A stretch of DNA of 63,171 nucleotides, filler included, from Pirum gemmata (taxonomy: Eukaryota): the NCBI GenBank assembly GCA_002812295.1. It is 14 parts of 14 records of this genome, joined end to end, with 100 filler letters (N's around TTAATTAATTAA, not from the genome) between each part and the next. Parts side by side here need not be neighbours in the genome. Positions count along the whole stretch, not along the records: positions 13,336 to 17,416 come from PDIN01001555.1; positions 17,517 to 21,571 come from PDIN01001556.1; positions 21,672 to 25,750 come from PDIN01001557.1; positions 25,851 to 29,915 come from PDIN01001558.1; 10 more parts are not named here. One strand, given 5' to 3'. A program made the translations under genes and the position numbers. This document shows, piece after piece, positions 14,601 through 26,690 of the stretch. The notes under the pieces are model-generated. The model ran no database searches and was not told the origin of the DNA. It worked only from the letters and a program-made list of their open reading frames with translations. The stretch's first letter is position 1, and each line of letters begins with the position of its first letter.

Positions 14601-14803
14601 NNNNNNNNNNNNNNNNNNNNNNNNNNNNNNNNNNNNNNNNNNNNNNNNNNNNNNNNNNNNNNNNNNNNNNNNNNNNNNNNNNNNNNNNNNNNNNNNNNNN
14701 NNNNNNNNNNNNNNNNNNNNNNNNNNNNNNNNNNNNNNNNNNNNNNNNNNNNNNNNNNNNNNNNNNNNNNNNNNNNNNNNNNNNNNNNNNNNNNNNNNNN
14801 NNN

Positions 14804-14865
<62 letters not shown>

Positions 14866-15996
14866 TATATTATATTTTTTATTTAATTTCTACCAGGCAA
14901 AAGTATCTGGTTTTTGATATGGAAGCAGGATTGAAAAAAATAAAACCTGCACTCGATGACATGGTGAATGGCAAAGTTAAAAATAAACGATTCGATGGTT
15001 TTAAAATTGGTAGCTCTCGAGCCGATCGAATCATTGCTAAAGGCTTTGGTCCATTTACATCTCAAGAGCAACAGAAACATATAACTGATGTTCTATCTAA
15101 ATGGTATATTAACAGTCCTATATGTAAACTGTGTGGTCACCTTAAATTTGTTATTCCTATCAAAAATGATTTCTCAAGACTACTGAACTGTTTTTTCGAT
15201 AATGTGTATATAAAAGGACCGAAAGACCCATATATATGTATCTATATATTACTAAAAACAAACAATTATTATATTCGTTAGGTATCCACACGAAAGTGAG
15301 TTGTTGTTCAAGGCCATCATACCCGAATGTGTTACACTTCTTGTAATGGAAGCAGTAAGTTGATTTATTTGTTTTTTATTTTTTGTCTTAGTTCTTATTT
15401 TTTATCATCGGTCGTTGTTTTAATTTTTGATGTTCTGTTGATTCATTAATTGATGATTATCATTGCTATATTTTACCTTTTCATTTTGTTTTTTTCTTGC
15501 CTTGTTTCGGTTTGTTTTGTTTACTTGTTTATGGTTTATGGTTTATGGTTTATGGTTTATGGTTTATGATTTATGATTTATGGCTTATGTTTATGGTTTA
15601 TGGTTTATGGTTTATGGTTCATAGTTTATGGTTTATGGTTTATGGTTTATGGTTTATGGTTTTTATGGTTTATGGTTTTTACGGCATATGGTTTATGGTC
15701 TATGGTTTGTGGTTTATGGTTTATGGTTACCCCATTTAATATTTATTTGATTTTATTATTTGGTTAGTTACTTGTTACTTTTTATTGAATATAAAAATCA
15801 ATAAAAACATAAAATTACGTACGACTTATTATATGTGGTTAATAATTTCTTTTGGAATAAATCCCTTGTTTGTAAAATTTAGGAACAAGTGGGGAAAAAT
15901 GAGGCAGAAAGGCTACTTGAAAAGAGTAGACGGGTAGTAAGCGAAGACAAAGATACCATTTTTAATCAAATCAAAAATTTCAAAGAAAACTATTGA
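13604..15996 (+). CDS. 5'-partial gene with a PWWP3A/MUM1 C-terminal-like domain; exons 13604-13722, 14360-14458, 14897-15103, 15282-15354, 15883-15996
   Basis: All four GT-AG introns are in phase. Product ends LDDMVNGKVKNKRFDGF...EQQKHITDVLSKWY...LLFKAIIPECVTLLVMEAEQVGKNEAERLL, resembling the LLPEAII...AEEKY pattern of PWWP3A. Gene structure is firm; the domain name is an inference. Confidence 0.7.
15530..15730. repeat. (TTTATGG)n microsatellite in an intron
   Basis: Direct reading of the sequence. Confidence 0.9.
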
Positions 15997-16051
15997 ACAA
16001 TAAAAGTAACCTAGTTTTATTAGACAAAGCTTTGGAAGTAAAATTTTAATT

Positions 16052-16306
16052 TTAAGTTGGGTAAGTTATGGAAAGGTGGTATGGATGCGTTAAAATTTGT
16101 AACATTTGTTTATAGAGGATACGATTAAGTACTTCATGTAAACAGTCAAAGACGGTTATCGATGAGTAAATAACCTGTTGTAGTTTTTTTACAAAAAGTA
16201 GTCCATGCAGAAGAAGTGAGAGGTGTTTTTTATTATAATTAATAGGATTATATAAAAGAATAACGAGTCCATGAATATTGAAACCGCTCGTTTTTCGCCA
16301 AAGCAA
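16052..16306 (-). pseudogene. Possible degenerate Ulp1/C48 protease fragment
   Basis: LLYNPINYNKKHLSLL...SITVFDCLH resembles the PIN...HW.L...FDSL motif; a related VVFDCLH fragment lies at 58297-58565 (minus). Confidence 0.35.
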
Positions 16307-17943
16307 GACACTACCTTATTTCTTCTAGAAAACAATAAATTATATAACAAAATAAAGTTTATAATATGAATAGTGTACATGTGTTTGTATCAGCCATTAT
16401 ATATATATATTCATAAAATACAGTGATCCCGAAATCTTTTCTTATCCTCCTTTTCCTTCCATTTCTATTCCCTTCACATCCATTTTATTTCACCACGAAT
16501 TTTTAACTAATGAAATTTTCCACTATTTTCATTTTTGATACATAGAAACTTTTCTATATAAAAAAGTTAGGGGTTTTTTAATACTTTTTTTAAAAAACTA
16601 ATCCTTGTAATGATATGATATATAAAAAAGTAAGGGATAATAATAATTTTTAACTAATCGTTGTATTGATATATAAAAAAATCAGGAAAAGTCAGTGATT
16701 GTTCAATCCGTTTTCAAGTATCACTTTTAACTATCCATTTTTAGCCTTTATTATTGGTCAAATATTAAATTTAAGGCCACAAAAAAATATTATTGGTCTA
16801 AGTCTGAAAGTCAGATAACCGCTGTATAGTGCGAGTGACGAGTCGAGTCCTGTGCGACCTCATTTATAGACTATCATACTATCATAGTTTCAAGGACTTC
16901 AAAAAAAGAAACTTTTTTTTTTTTTTTTGAAGTCCTTGTTTTTTTTTTTTATCATATCATACATAATAAAAAAAGTACCTGGGTAGACTCGTGGGTAGAC
17001 TACTCTACTAGCTAGTAGCTAGCTAGGGGTAGACTATTTATGATATATATTATGATAATTGACAAAGACTCTTTTTCCTTGAACTTGTTTATTTACATAA
17101 TAATATTATTATAAAATATAATAAATATTTTTCAAGTATAAAATAACTATAAAATACTTGTCTTATAGTTTGAACCATAATAATAATAATTTGGCACGTT
17201 TATTTTAGTTTGAATAGATATATATTCCGGTAGATACTTGGACAGTTTTTTAAAATTAAAACCCTAGCTAGCTAGCTAGTAGTGTATCAGATCATAGGAG
17301 ATATTGATTGAGATATTGTCTATCTATCGGGGGGGGGTATAAGGAGCTCTTCCAAAGATTTCACTGCCTCTACGTAAGTAATTTTTTTTCGGGAGTGTTT
17401 TTCGTCTATTATTTTTNNNNNNNNNNNNNNNNNNNNNNNNNNNNNNNNNNNNNNNNNNNNTTAATTAATTAANNNNNNNNNNNNNNNNNNNNNNNNNNNN
17501 NNNNNNNNNNNNNNNNTAGCTAGCTAGCTAGAGTAGGGGTTTTTTCCTAAGCTAGTAGCTAGCTAGCTAGAGTAGGGGTTTTTTCCTAAGCTAGCTAGCT
17601 AGAGTAGGGGTTTTTATGATACTGGTTTTTTCCTAAGTTAGCTAGCTAGAGTAGGGGTTTTTTCCTAGAGGGGGGATAAGGCTACTAGCTAGCTACTAGC
17701 TAGCTAGCTAGTAGTCTAGTAGTAGTAGCGGGTTTTTTCTGCAAAAAAATTTTAGTCTAAGCTGGGTCTAACTCTATCTATCTATCTAGCTAGCTAGCTA
17801 GCTAGGCTAAGCTATGATAATCCTACTAGCTAGCTAGCTATAGTAATGCCTAGTACAGTCCTAGTACAGTCCTAGCTAGCTAGTACAATCCTAGTACGTA
17901 CTCTTTTCTACTCGAGTAGAAATTCTTTGGAGTGTGTGTAAAA

Positions 17944-18262
17944 CTAGTGTTTGGTATCGATGACCAAATTCGACTATCAATATTTTTTCGATATATATCG
18001 AATTTCAAAAAATCAGATCGATATTTTTTCGATAAATATCGAATGTAAATAAGTAAACATCGATAGTCTATCGATATTATCAAATATTTGAAAGTTTCTC
18101 AAACCAAATATCGATTTTTTTCGATAAATATCGAAGTTCTCAAACCAAACATCGATTTTTTTTCGATATTATCGAAATTTAAAAAACGCCAATCGATATA
18201 GATTCGATATTGAAAAAATCGATATTTTTCGTAAACAAGTCGATGATATTATATCGATACCT
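17944..18262. mobile_element. Possible hAT-type MITE with dense ATCGAT/TCGA subterminal motifs
   Basis: Begins TAGTGTTTGGTATCGAT and ends ATCGATACC; interior saturated with TCGA. Confidence 0.4.
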
Positions 18263-18629
18263 TGATGATAGTCTAAAACCCTAACCCCTACCCAGCTGCC
18301 CCCTACCCTAACCCCAACCCTAAGACAGCTTCCGAGTCCCTACTACTAGCTAGGCTAGCTAGAGGCTAACTCTGCTAGACAGATTATCATATCGATTTAT
18401 CAATATATAATAATATTATATGCGATATATCATTATATTATAGACTTTCAAAACACACTCAAAACATAACCTACTATAATATTATGATATCAAAAAATAA
18501 TAATACGTTGTAATGACTAACGATGTATAATAATATACACTTTATACCAAGCACCATGGTAGATGATATGATATACATGTAACATTGATAGATGCGTAAG
18601 GAAAACTAGGAAAATAGTAGTGTTTTGAA

Positions 18630-19700
18630 ATCCATACACTGGAAGAATCCATAGTGAATCCATACACGATAATGCTACGAAATGTCTATCGAAATAATAG
18701 ACTATAAGTTAAAAATAAGGTTAGTTATAAGAGGGTATACGTACGTAATACGTATAGCTTATATCGATAGTCTGATGTATAAATACTGGAAGAATCCCTC
18801 TAGCTAGCTCTAGGGAAGAACCCATACACAGTACAAGGAAATGTCTATATTAAAAATAAGGTTAGGTTATAAGAGGGTATACCTCCTACGTACGTACGTG
18901 ATACGTATAGCTTATTATCGATAGTCTATCTATATCTGATATCAGTGACTGATGTATAGTAACATATATAATATACATAATACACTGGAAGAATCCCTAG
19001 TAGCTAGCTAGGGAAGAATCCATACACAGTAATGCAAGGAAATATCTATTCTGATATCCGTCTTTTTTTAAAATTAAAAAAGTTAAAAATACGGTTAGTT
19101 ATTAGAGGGTATACGTACGTAATACGTATAGCTTATATCGATAGTCTATATCTGAATAATCTGATATCACTGGAAGAATACTGGAAGAATAAATACATTG
19201 GAAGAATCCCTAGCTAGCTAGCTAGCTAGCTAGCTTAGGGAAGAATCCATACCCTGATCCATACACAGTAAGGGAGCGTTCAATAATTACGTAACGCTGG
19301 GGGGGGTAGGTAGGGGGGGTCGGATTTTTGTGACAGGCCGTGATGCAGTAGGGGGGTAGGTTTTCGTANNNNNNNNNNNNNNNNNNNNNNNNAGGGGTAA
19401 TTTAGGGTACTATTTTTTCCAATCGTTACGTCATAAGGGGTAGGTAGTCCTTCTCAAACGTGATAGCCCATTACATGGGGGGTAGTAGGGTAGGTTTTTG
19501 TCCCAAATCGGCGTTACGTAATTATTGAACGCTCCCTAAGGAAATGTCTATCAACATCATATAGATGATAGACCCATCTATAAGTTAAAAATAAGGTTAG
19601 TATACTTATGTAAGAGGGTGTACGTACGTAATACGTTACACGACTGTTACACGTATTAGCTTACCTGGTATATCGAGTCTATATCTGATATCACTGTGAC
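18630..19700. repeat. Degenerate ~150-200-bp tandem repeat, 4 units, interrupted by a MITE
   Basis: GGAAGAATCC...CCATACAC...TTAAAAATA(A/C)GGTTAG...GAGGGT(A/G)TAC...TAGCTTA recurs four times. Confidence 0.85.
19272..19536. mobile_element. PIF/Harbinger-type MITE (family D) with TAA target-site duplication
   Basis: Perfect 26-bp TIR GGGAGCGTTCAATAATTACGTAACGC, flanked by TAA at 19269-19271 and 19537-19539; sister tandem units show the unoccupied site. Confidence 0.9.
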
Positions 19701-21184
19701 TGATATATGATATGATATCATATATATTATATATATCGATATAAGAAAGTGAGTTATAAATATATAGATTATAAATAAATAATTTTTAAAAAAAAAATTT
19801 ACATTTTTTTAATTATATCATACACAGCTTCATACACTCATTATACTCATTTTTAAAAGTCATTTTACAAAAAAAAGACCACGAACTGCGCATGATAGTG
19901 GCCATTATAAATAGGGTTTATGGGTATGCAGTATATTGGAGGCCGAAGGCCGACCCGACATAAATCACATAATCCGAACGACACAATATTGTTTATTATA
20001 TATAATATTAATTACCTACCTTTTAATTCGTTTACTATTACTACAATAATCATTATGATATGATACTTTAATAATATTACAGATATCCCCAGATAATAAT
20101 TATAGATATGTAACATCATATGTTTATCGATATTAATTTTCAGATATTAAATATCACCAGCTAATAATATCAATTACCTACCTTATTTCGTTTACTGCTA
20201 CTCCAATAATCAACATGGTGCTGATTGTCATTACAATATATATGATAATATATGGTAATAAATACGAAAGAAGGGGTGCTCTAGTAGCTAGATCTGGTCA
20301 CTCAAATGAGTTGACCAGAGTCACCAGACCCACAAAACATTATTTTCGAAGCCCCCCTCCCCCCCCCACCTTTTTTTTTTCCTGGTGACCACTGCCACCC
20401 GTGGTCCACTGGTGGTCTTTGATTTATAATAAATGATATGATAATATGATATAAATAAATATCGTCGTTTTATAAATAGACTTTTATCATACAGATTCAT
20501 ACTGGGACGACAGTTTAATTAAAATACTAGTTTAATATGGCCCATATATGGGACCGACTTTATGCGAGAAAACCAGACGTTTAGACCTATACTGACCTAT
20601 GATATTTATTTATAAATTTGATGGGAAGCCTAGCTAGGCTGCCTAGCTAGTAGAATGTGAAGCCCTCTTTCTTCTAGCCTCTTTCTTTGATAATATTATC
20701 GATATGATATCCAGATATCGATACTGATATCGATATAGACTGGCTAGCTAGCTAGCTAGGGACTCAGTAGGGAATTGAGAGTACCATACTAAGCTGGACC
20801 AGGCAGACCATCTAGACTTTGATACTCCTATATTTTTAACCTAGCTACAGACTAAAGTAGGGTTTTTTAATTTTTTTAATTTAAAAAACACGTGCATATA
20901 CGTGGTGTATTTTATCAAATGGGTGTGGCTGAATAGTCTATATATAGTCTGAATATGATGTGAATATTTATAAAAACTGAAAGATCTATGATCATCATTG
21001 CAAATTGGTATATCACAGAAAGTTTTTTTAAATCATATTATTTTAAAAATGCAAATTGCTATGTTTTTTTTTGAAATAACGGTAACAAGACTTATTGTTA
21101 TTGATATACATAATACATGAATATATAACCAATATATGTTTGTTGTTGTATAATGTTTGCCCAAACCCAAAATCATGATCTTAA

Positions 21185-21340
21185 CATAACCATAACCATA
21201 ACCATAACCATAACCATAACCATAACCATAACCATAACCATAACCATAACCATAACCATAACCATAACACTAACACTGCCATAACCATAACCATAACCAT
21301 AACCATACCACCAACCACAACCACAACCACCGTAACCATA
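21185..21340. repeat. (CATAAC)n microsatellite
   Basis: Direct reading of the sequence. Confidence 0.9.
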
Positions 21341-21699
21341 GCCATTAGACTAGTTGTAGTCATAAATATAGTCATAGCCATAACCATTCTACCATTAGAG
21401 TAGCCGTAGCAAGTTACAGCACCAAATAATATTATATTAAGAGCAACAACCAGTAAAGAAAACCAGCTGCTAGTACAATTTATCTTTAGATATAATATTG
21501 TAAATAACCATGTATTATTCATATTATTAATTAATATCGAATATGGATATCAAAATTTCAAACTTGACGACNNNNNNNNNNNNNNNNNNNNNNNNNNNNN
21601 NNNNNNNNNNNNNNNTTAATTAATTAANNNNNNNNNNNNNNNNNNNNNNNNNNNNNNNNNNNNNNNNNNNNAAAAAATTGATAAGAAACAATGTGCTTT

Positions 21700-24570
21700 T
21701 AGTTGGACCCGATCGGGCCTTTTCGGCGAGTTATCAAATTTAATTAACATTAGTATTATATGCATAGGTCAAATGTTCGAGAAATTTATCCCAATCATTG
21801 TGATTTTCATTAATAAATTTGCTAAAATAATTACCATAGGAACGATGAATACGTTCTAAACCACCGATTTGAGCAGGATGATAACCAGCACAATCTAATT
21901 TTTCAATTTGAAATACTAAACATAATTCTTTTATAATATCATAAAGAAAATTAGCAGCATTATCAGTAGCTAAAAATTTAATAGGACCCTATTTTAACAA
22001 AACTTTTGAAATAAGATGTTGTGCTACTGTTTTAGCTGAAGCATTAAGAACAGCTATAGTTTCAATATACCTAGTATAGGAACACATAATAAAAGTAATA
22101 ATAAACTTATTTTTGTTTTTGGTACTCTTTATTTTACCATAAACACCAGTAATACAAGTATCAAATAATTTTGGAGAATAATTAAAATCTAATTTAGGTA
22201 ATCGTTTTGCCGATTCAAACGAGATTGGCATTTAATACAAGATTTAATTAACATAAATTTTAACATCTTCATACATATTTTTCCAATAATAACGTTGTTG
22301 TAACTTATAATAAGTTGATTTAATTCCAAAATGACCAGTTAAAGGACTATCATGAGTAGCAACTAAACATTCAGATTGCAAAGCTTGGGAAGAAATTTAT
22401 GATAAGTATTATAATTACTTTAAAATAAGATGAACCATGAACATATCTATGATATTCATTTGTAACAGACCAAACAACTCCTAAGGCCTCCAATTCACTT
22501 ATAGACCATTTTCTTTCATGTTCTTTCAAAGCTCTAGAACTGTGCATTATTATTCGTTCTTCTAATTGATTTTGATCATTGTATTGCCATTGAGTTAACG
22601 TAGAACCTAAACCGTGCAAACTTGAGTCACTATATATAGTAAAGTATTGTTTTGGATCTCCATACTTAGGATGAGCTAAAGCATGAGAAATCAAACTTTT
22701 TTTAATATCATCAAAAGCAGCTAAACGCTCTTCATTCCATTCAATTATTTTTTTTTTCCCCACCAGTTAACTTAGTAAGACTATAACTAATTTTAGTCAA
22801 ATCTGGTAACCATCGTCTACAATAAGAAATTAAACCCAAAAAACTTCTTAATTTCGTAACAGTTTTAGGTAACGGATAATTTTGTACTTGTTCATAACGT
22901 TTTGGGTCCACGCGAGCTCCATTTTTATCAATAATATTATAATACCAAGTATATTTATTTCAGGGACACCAATATGACATTTAGCGCACCATTTAATTTC
23001 GCACCAATTTTTCTTAACCTTTTTAATATCATATCATAGTAAGAGTAACCAATAATCCTTCAAAAGTTTTAGCACCAGCACTAAGGTCGTCCAAATAAAC
23101 TATTATATTAGGTTGATCCGCAAATTCAGTTTGTAATATTTTACAAAAAATATGACTAGAATTAACATAACCCTGGGGTAAACGCTTATAACATACTCTA
23201 CGAGTTGGAGTAAAAAAAATAGTTAAATGTTTAGAATCTTCGTCCAATTCCACTTACCAATAACCATCTTTTAAATCTAAACTTAAGAAATAATTACAAT
23301 CAGCCATTTTTTCTAAACTAGTATTAATATTAGTCATCGACCAATATTTTTTAATAGCTCGTTTGTTTAATAATCTAACATCATTAACTAATCTAAAAGC
23401 TCCAGGGGTTCGTTTAGGAAGAATTAAAACCGGAGTATTCCATAAAGAATCGGAATACTTAACTTGCCCTTTCTTTAGCATTGTACTAACTATATTTTTG
23501 AATTCCACTTCTTGTTGGTGACTTAATTTATATTGTTTTATAAATATAGGAGAATAATCTTCTAATATTATTTTTTCTTTATACAGTTTAATACAACCAG
23601 AATCATCAGCATGTTGACAAAATACGTCATTATGTTCATTTAAATCTTCAGTTAATTGTCTTTTTTCATTTATAGATAAATTTTCTCCAAATTTAAACTT
23701 GAATGGAAACTTACTATTTTCGAAATATTCAAAATCTTCATCATTATCATTATTATTGTTATTATTAAAACTATTATTTATATCATTAATAAATATATTA
23801 TGTCCAACATGAATATTCAACCTTATATTCTTAATTAATGTTCTATTATCATTTTGAAATTTATTATTATCAACTAGATTTTTTAATGTATTAACTACAG
23901 ATTTACTTTATCTATTTTACCAGTAAACATCTGTTTATTTATTTATAAAAATAAGCTTTTTAGTATTGTTTTCAAATAGTAAAGTAAAACTAACTTTATG
24001 ATTAAAATATTCTATAGCTACCATTTGTGTTTTAATAACACCAATATAATTTTTATTGGGTATAAATAAAGCTACTGACTTCATGTTATTATGTAAATTT
24101 TTCGCAGTAGTAGTCACTTTGAATTTTAATTAATAAACTATTCAATAATATACATTCATTATCATTAATATTATCATATCTATATTATAATAATATAATA
24201 CACAGTTTCATTCTTATTAATATGATATAAATATTGTTTAGAAATAGAGTCAATATCATACCATTGTCGAAAACCATTACATAGAATCATATTATTATGA
24301 CTATTTTCACAAACAGCAAAAAGTAAAGTTTTATCATGATTATTTATTTTTGAAGTCATTTCTACTACAAGCATAACCTGAGGTTGACCTGTAATAAAGC
24401 CATCAGCACTAACATATTTTTTTAAACATTTAATCTTATTCTCATTATTATAATATTACTCCAAAATTTTAATAATTTATCAGAAATTATATTGAGCTGC
24501 GCACCTTCGTCTAATAGTGCATCAACAAAAAGTCCTTCAAACTGAACTAAGCAATAATCTAAAGTAGCAT
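21700..24570 (-). mobile_element. Degenerate Ty3/gypsy LTR retrotransposon pol (PR-RT-RH-INT)
   Basis: Protease ALLDEGAQLNII (~24480-24530); RT WNTPVLILPK...FRLVNDVRLLN...LDLKDGYW, LPQGY, YLDDL; RNase H IYSDSS...ELEALGVVW; integrase HDSPLTGHFG...YYW...CIKC and ATDNAANF. Multiple frameshifts and internal deletions. Confidence 0.93.
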
Positions 24571-24597
24571 TAACTATATTCGTATTATTATTATCAA

Positions 24598-25340
24598 TTA
24601 ATATATATGTGGGTAATTGGTTATATAAGTTCTGTAGTCCACAACTTGTGAAAGGGAATGTTTAGCCGAATCTTTCAAGGCTATTATAAAAGCAGCAGCA
24701 GGTATCATTGTATTAGAATATTTAGTTTGACACAACTTGAACCAGTCTTCCTTTCTAACAGTTTGTGCCAGATTTTTCAATCCATCATTCTTTAAAGTAT
24801 TATTAATTAGATCATCAATCAACTCATTAGCTATACCAAATGCTGGAATAGGTGCGTTGGAAATAAGACTATCTAGGTTGTTATTAACCAAACCAATAGA
24901 TATATGCAATTTGTTTATATTCTCGTGCCATTTGAAATTTTTCTGAGTTGTCTTCTGATTTCTAAGCAATTGTTTAGTTGAAAAAGGAACCAATTTTCCT
25001 TTCTTGATAGATTGTAAATGTGTGTTTTTGCCTTTTTTTAACACTTCACTTACTTTCTTTTGATCATCATTAACCAAAGTTTTGTCCAATCTTCCAGTAT
25101 TCTTTACAGATCGGTTTAATCATGGTTTTATCGTAATGTAAATGCCATCTTCTGCATAGTTTTCATTTTTAGCACTTATAAACTCCATGTCATCGTCAAG
25201 CTCCACATCTGAATATTCCATTTCAGAGACACTACAGTTATTATCTTCATGTTCTTCTACACAAATTTTGTTTTCATTATATTGTTCTTCTATTATAAGT
25301 CTTTATTCTCTACTTTGGATTTTTTTGTTGATTTCTTAAC
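24598..25340 (-). pseudogene. Interrupted ORF upstream of the gypsy protease (acidic tract plus helical domain)
   Basis: 163-codon ORF extended upstream through in-frame stops (SDVELDDDMEF). HLQSIKKGKL and MIPAAAFIIALK echo the 13604-15996 protein; no gag CCHC motif seen. Confidence 0.4.
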
Positions 25341-25970
25341 CTCTGTATTTTTTCTTTTCCTAGCTAGCTAGCTTTATGTTTATTTCTTTTATTAATTAAA
25401 ACTGGATTTTTTTGGGAATCCAAAAGTTTGGTTGTTCCCTGTGGTTGTTCCAGTGTCCACTGTCCAGACATGCTATTGTTATTGTGCTTTTCATTTATTT
25501 TTAAAAAAATCCCATAGAAGGGCATATTAGACAAATATATTAGCCAAAAATAGAAATAAAAGTTTTTTAACCAATGAAAACAACAGACTAGTTATTGAGT
25601 CGTTTGATTTTGGCCAATGATTTTGAGTGCTTTTGGTGGAGTTGGTTTTGGAGTAGGGGTGAGATGACGTCATTTTATTATTACCGAGCAGCTGCCAGAA
25701 CTTTTCCGATTTTTATGGTTTATTATTATTAATGTTAATATTATTACTTTNNNNNNNNNNNNNNNNNNNNNNNNNNNNNNNNNNNNNNNNNNNNTTAATT
25801 AATTAANNNNNNNNNNNNNNNNNNNNNNNNNNNNNNNNNNNNNNNNNNNNTAATAATAATAATAATTTCATTATTATTAACTTGTCTTGTAATTGTTATG
25901 ATTAATATTGTTTATTATTATTATCATTATTATTAATGTTGCTGTTATTACCATTATATATAATATATAG

Positions 25971-26168
25971 ACTTGTTATTTGAATGATTTATACGTTGTG
26001 GAATCAAAAAGAGGTAATGGTTACGGTTTAGCCTTAATCAAAGCAGTTAAAGAAGCCTCTTTAAAGCAAAAATGCCCAAGGATATACTGGCATACTGAGG
26101 CCGACTCGACGGCAAAAAAATTATATGATAAAGTTGCAAACAATGATTATACGATGTATTATTATTAA
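25971..26168 (+). CDS. GNAT N-acetyltransferase (Hpa2/Hpa3-like), last exon
   Basis: Acceptor TATATAG| then CYLNDLYV...RGNGYGLALI...IYWHT...AKKLYDKVA, containing acetyl-CoA motif A. Confidence 0.85.
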   Translation, partial: TCYLNDLYVVESKRGNGYGLALIKAVKEASLKQKCPRIYWHTEADSTAKKLYDKVANNDYTMYYY

Positions 26169-26561
26169 TTTATTGAATTATTTTTTATTTTCTTGATATT
26201 ATTAATATTATTTATTATTTTGTTAATAATGAGCCCAAAGTCACATGGCTCATAAACATCGAGCTACTTTTCATTAAAAAATAATTATCACTAATAGTCA
26301 TTTTAATTAATACCATTATTATTATCATTATCAAACATCATTTGAATTATTATTATTATAATATTAATGATAATAATTATATATAATTATTATAACAATA
26401 TTAATGGTGTTAATGATATTTGGATAACGATTTATATTAATAATGATAACGATGATAATGATAAATAATATTGGCAAAATAAAACCTATTTAATTAATTT
26501 TTTTAATAAAAAACAATTAATAATAATTTCAAATTGACAAAAAGAAGATGATTATGATTAT

Positions 26562-26690
26562 CCACAATCACCACAATCACCACAATCACCACAATCACCA
26601 CAATCACCACAATCACCACAATCACCACAACCACCACAATCACCACAATCACCACAATCACCAGCAATCACCACAATCACCACAATTACC
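26562..26690. repeat. (CACAATCAC)n minisatellite
   Basis: Direct reading of the sequence. Confidence 0.9.
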
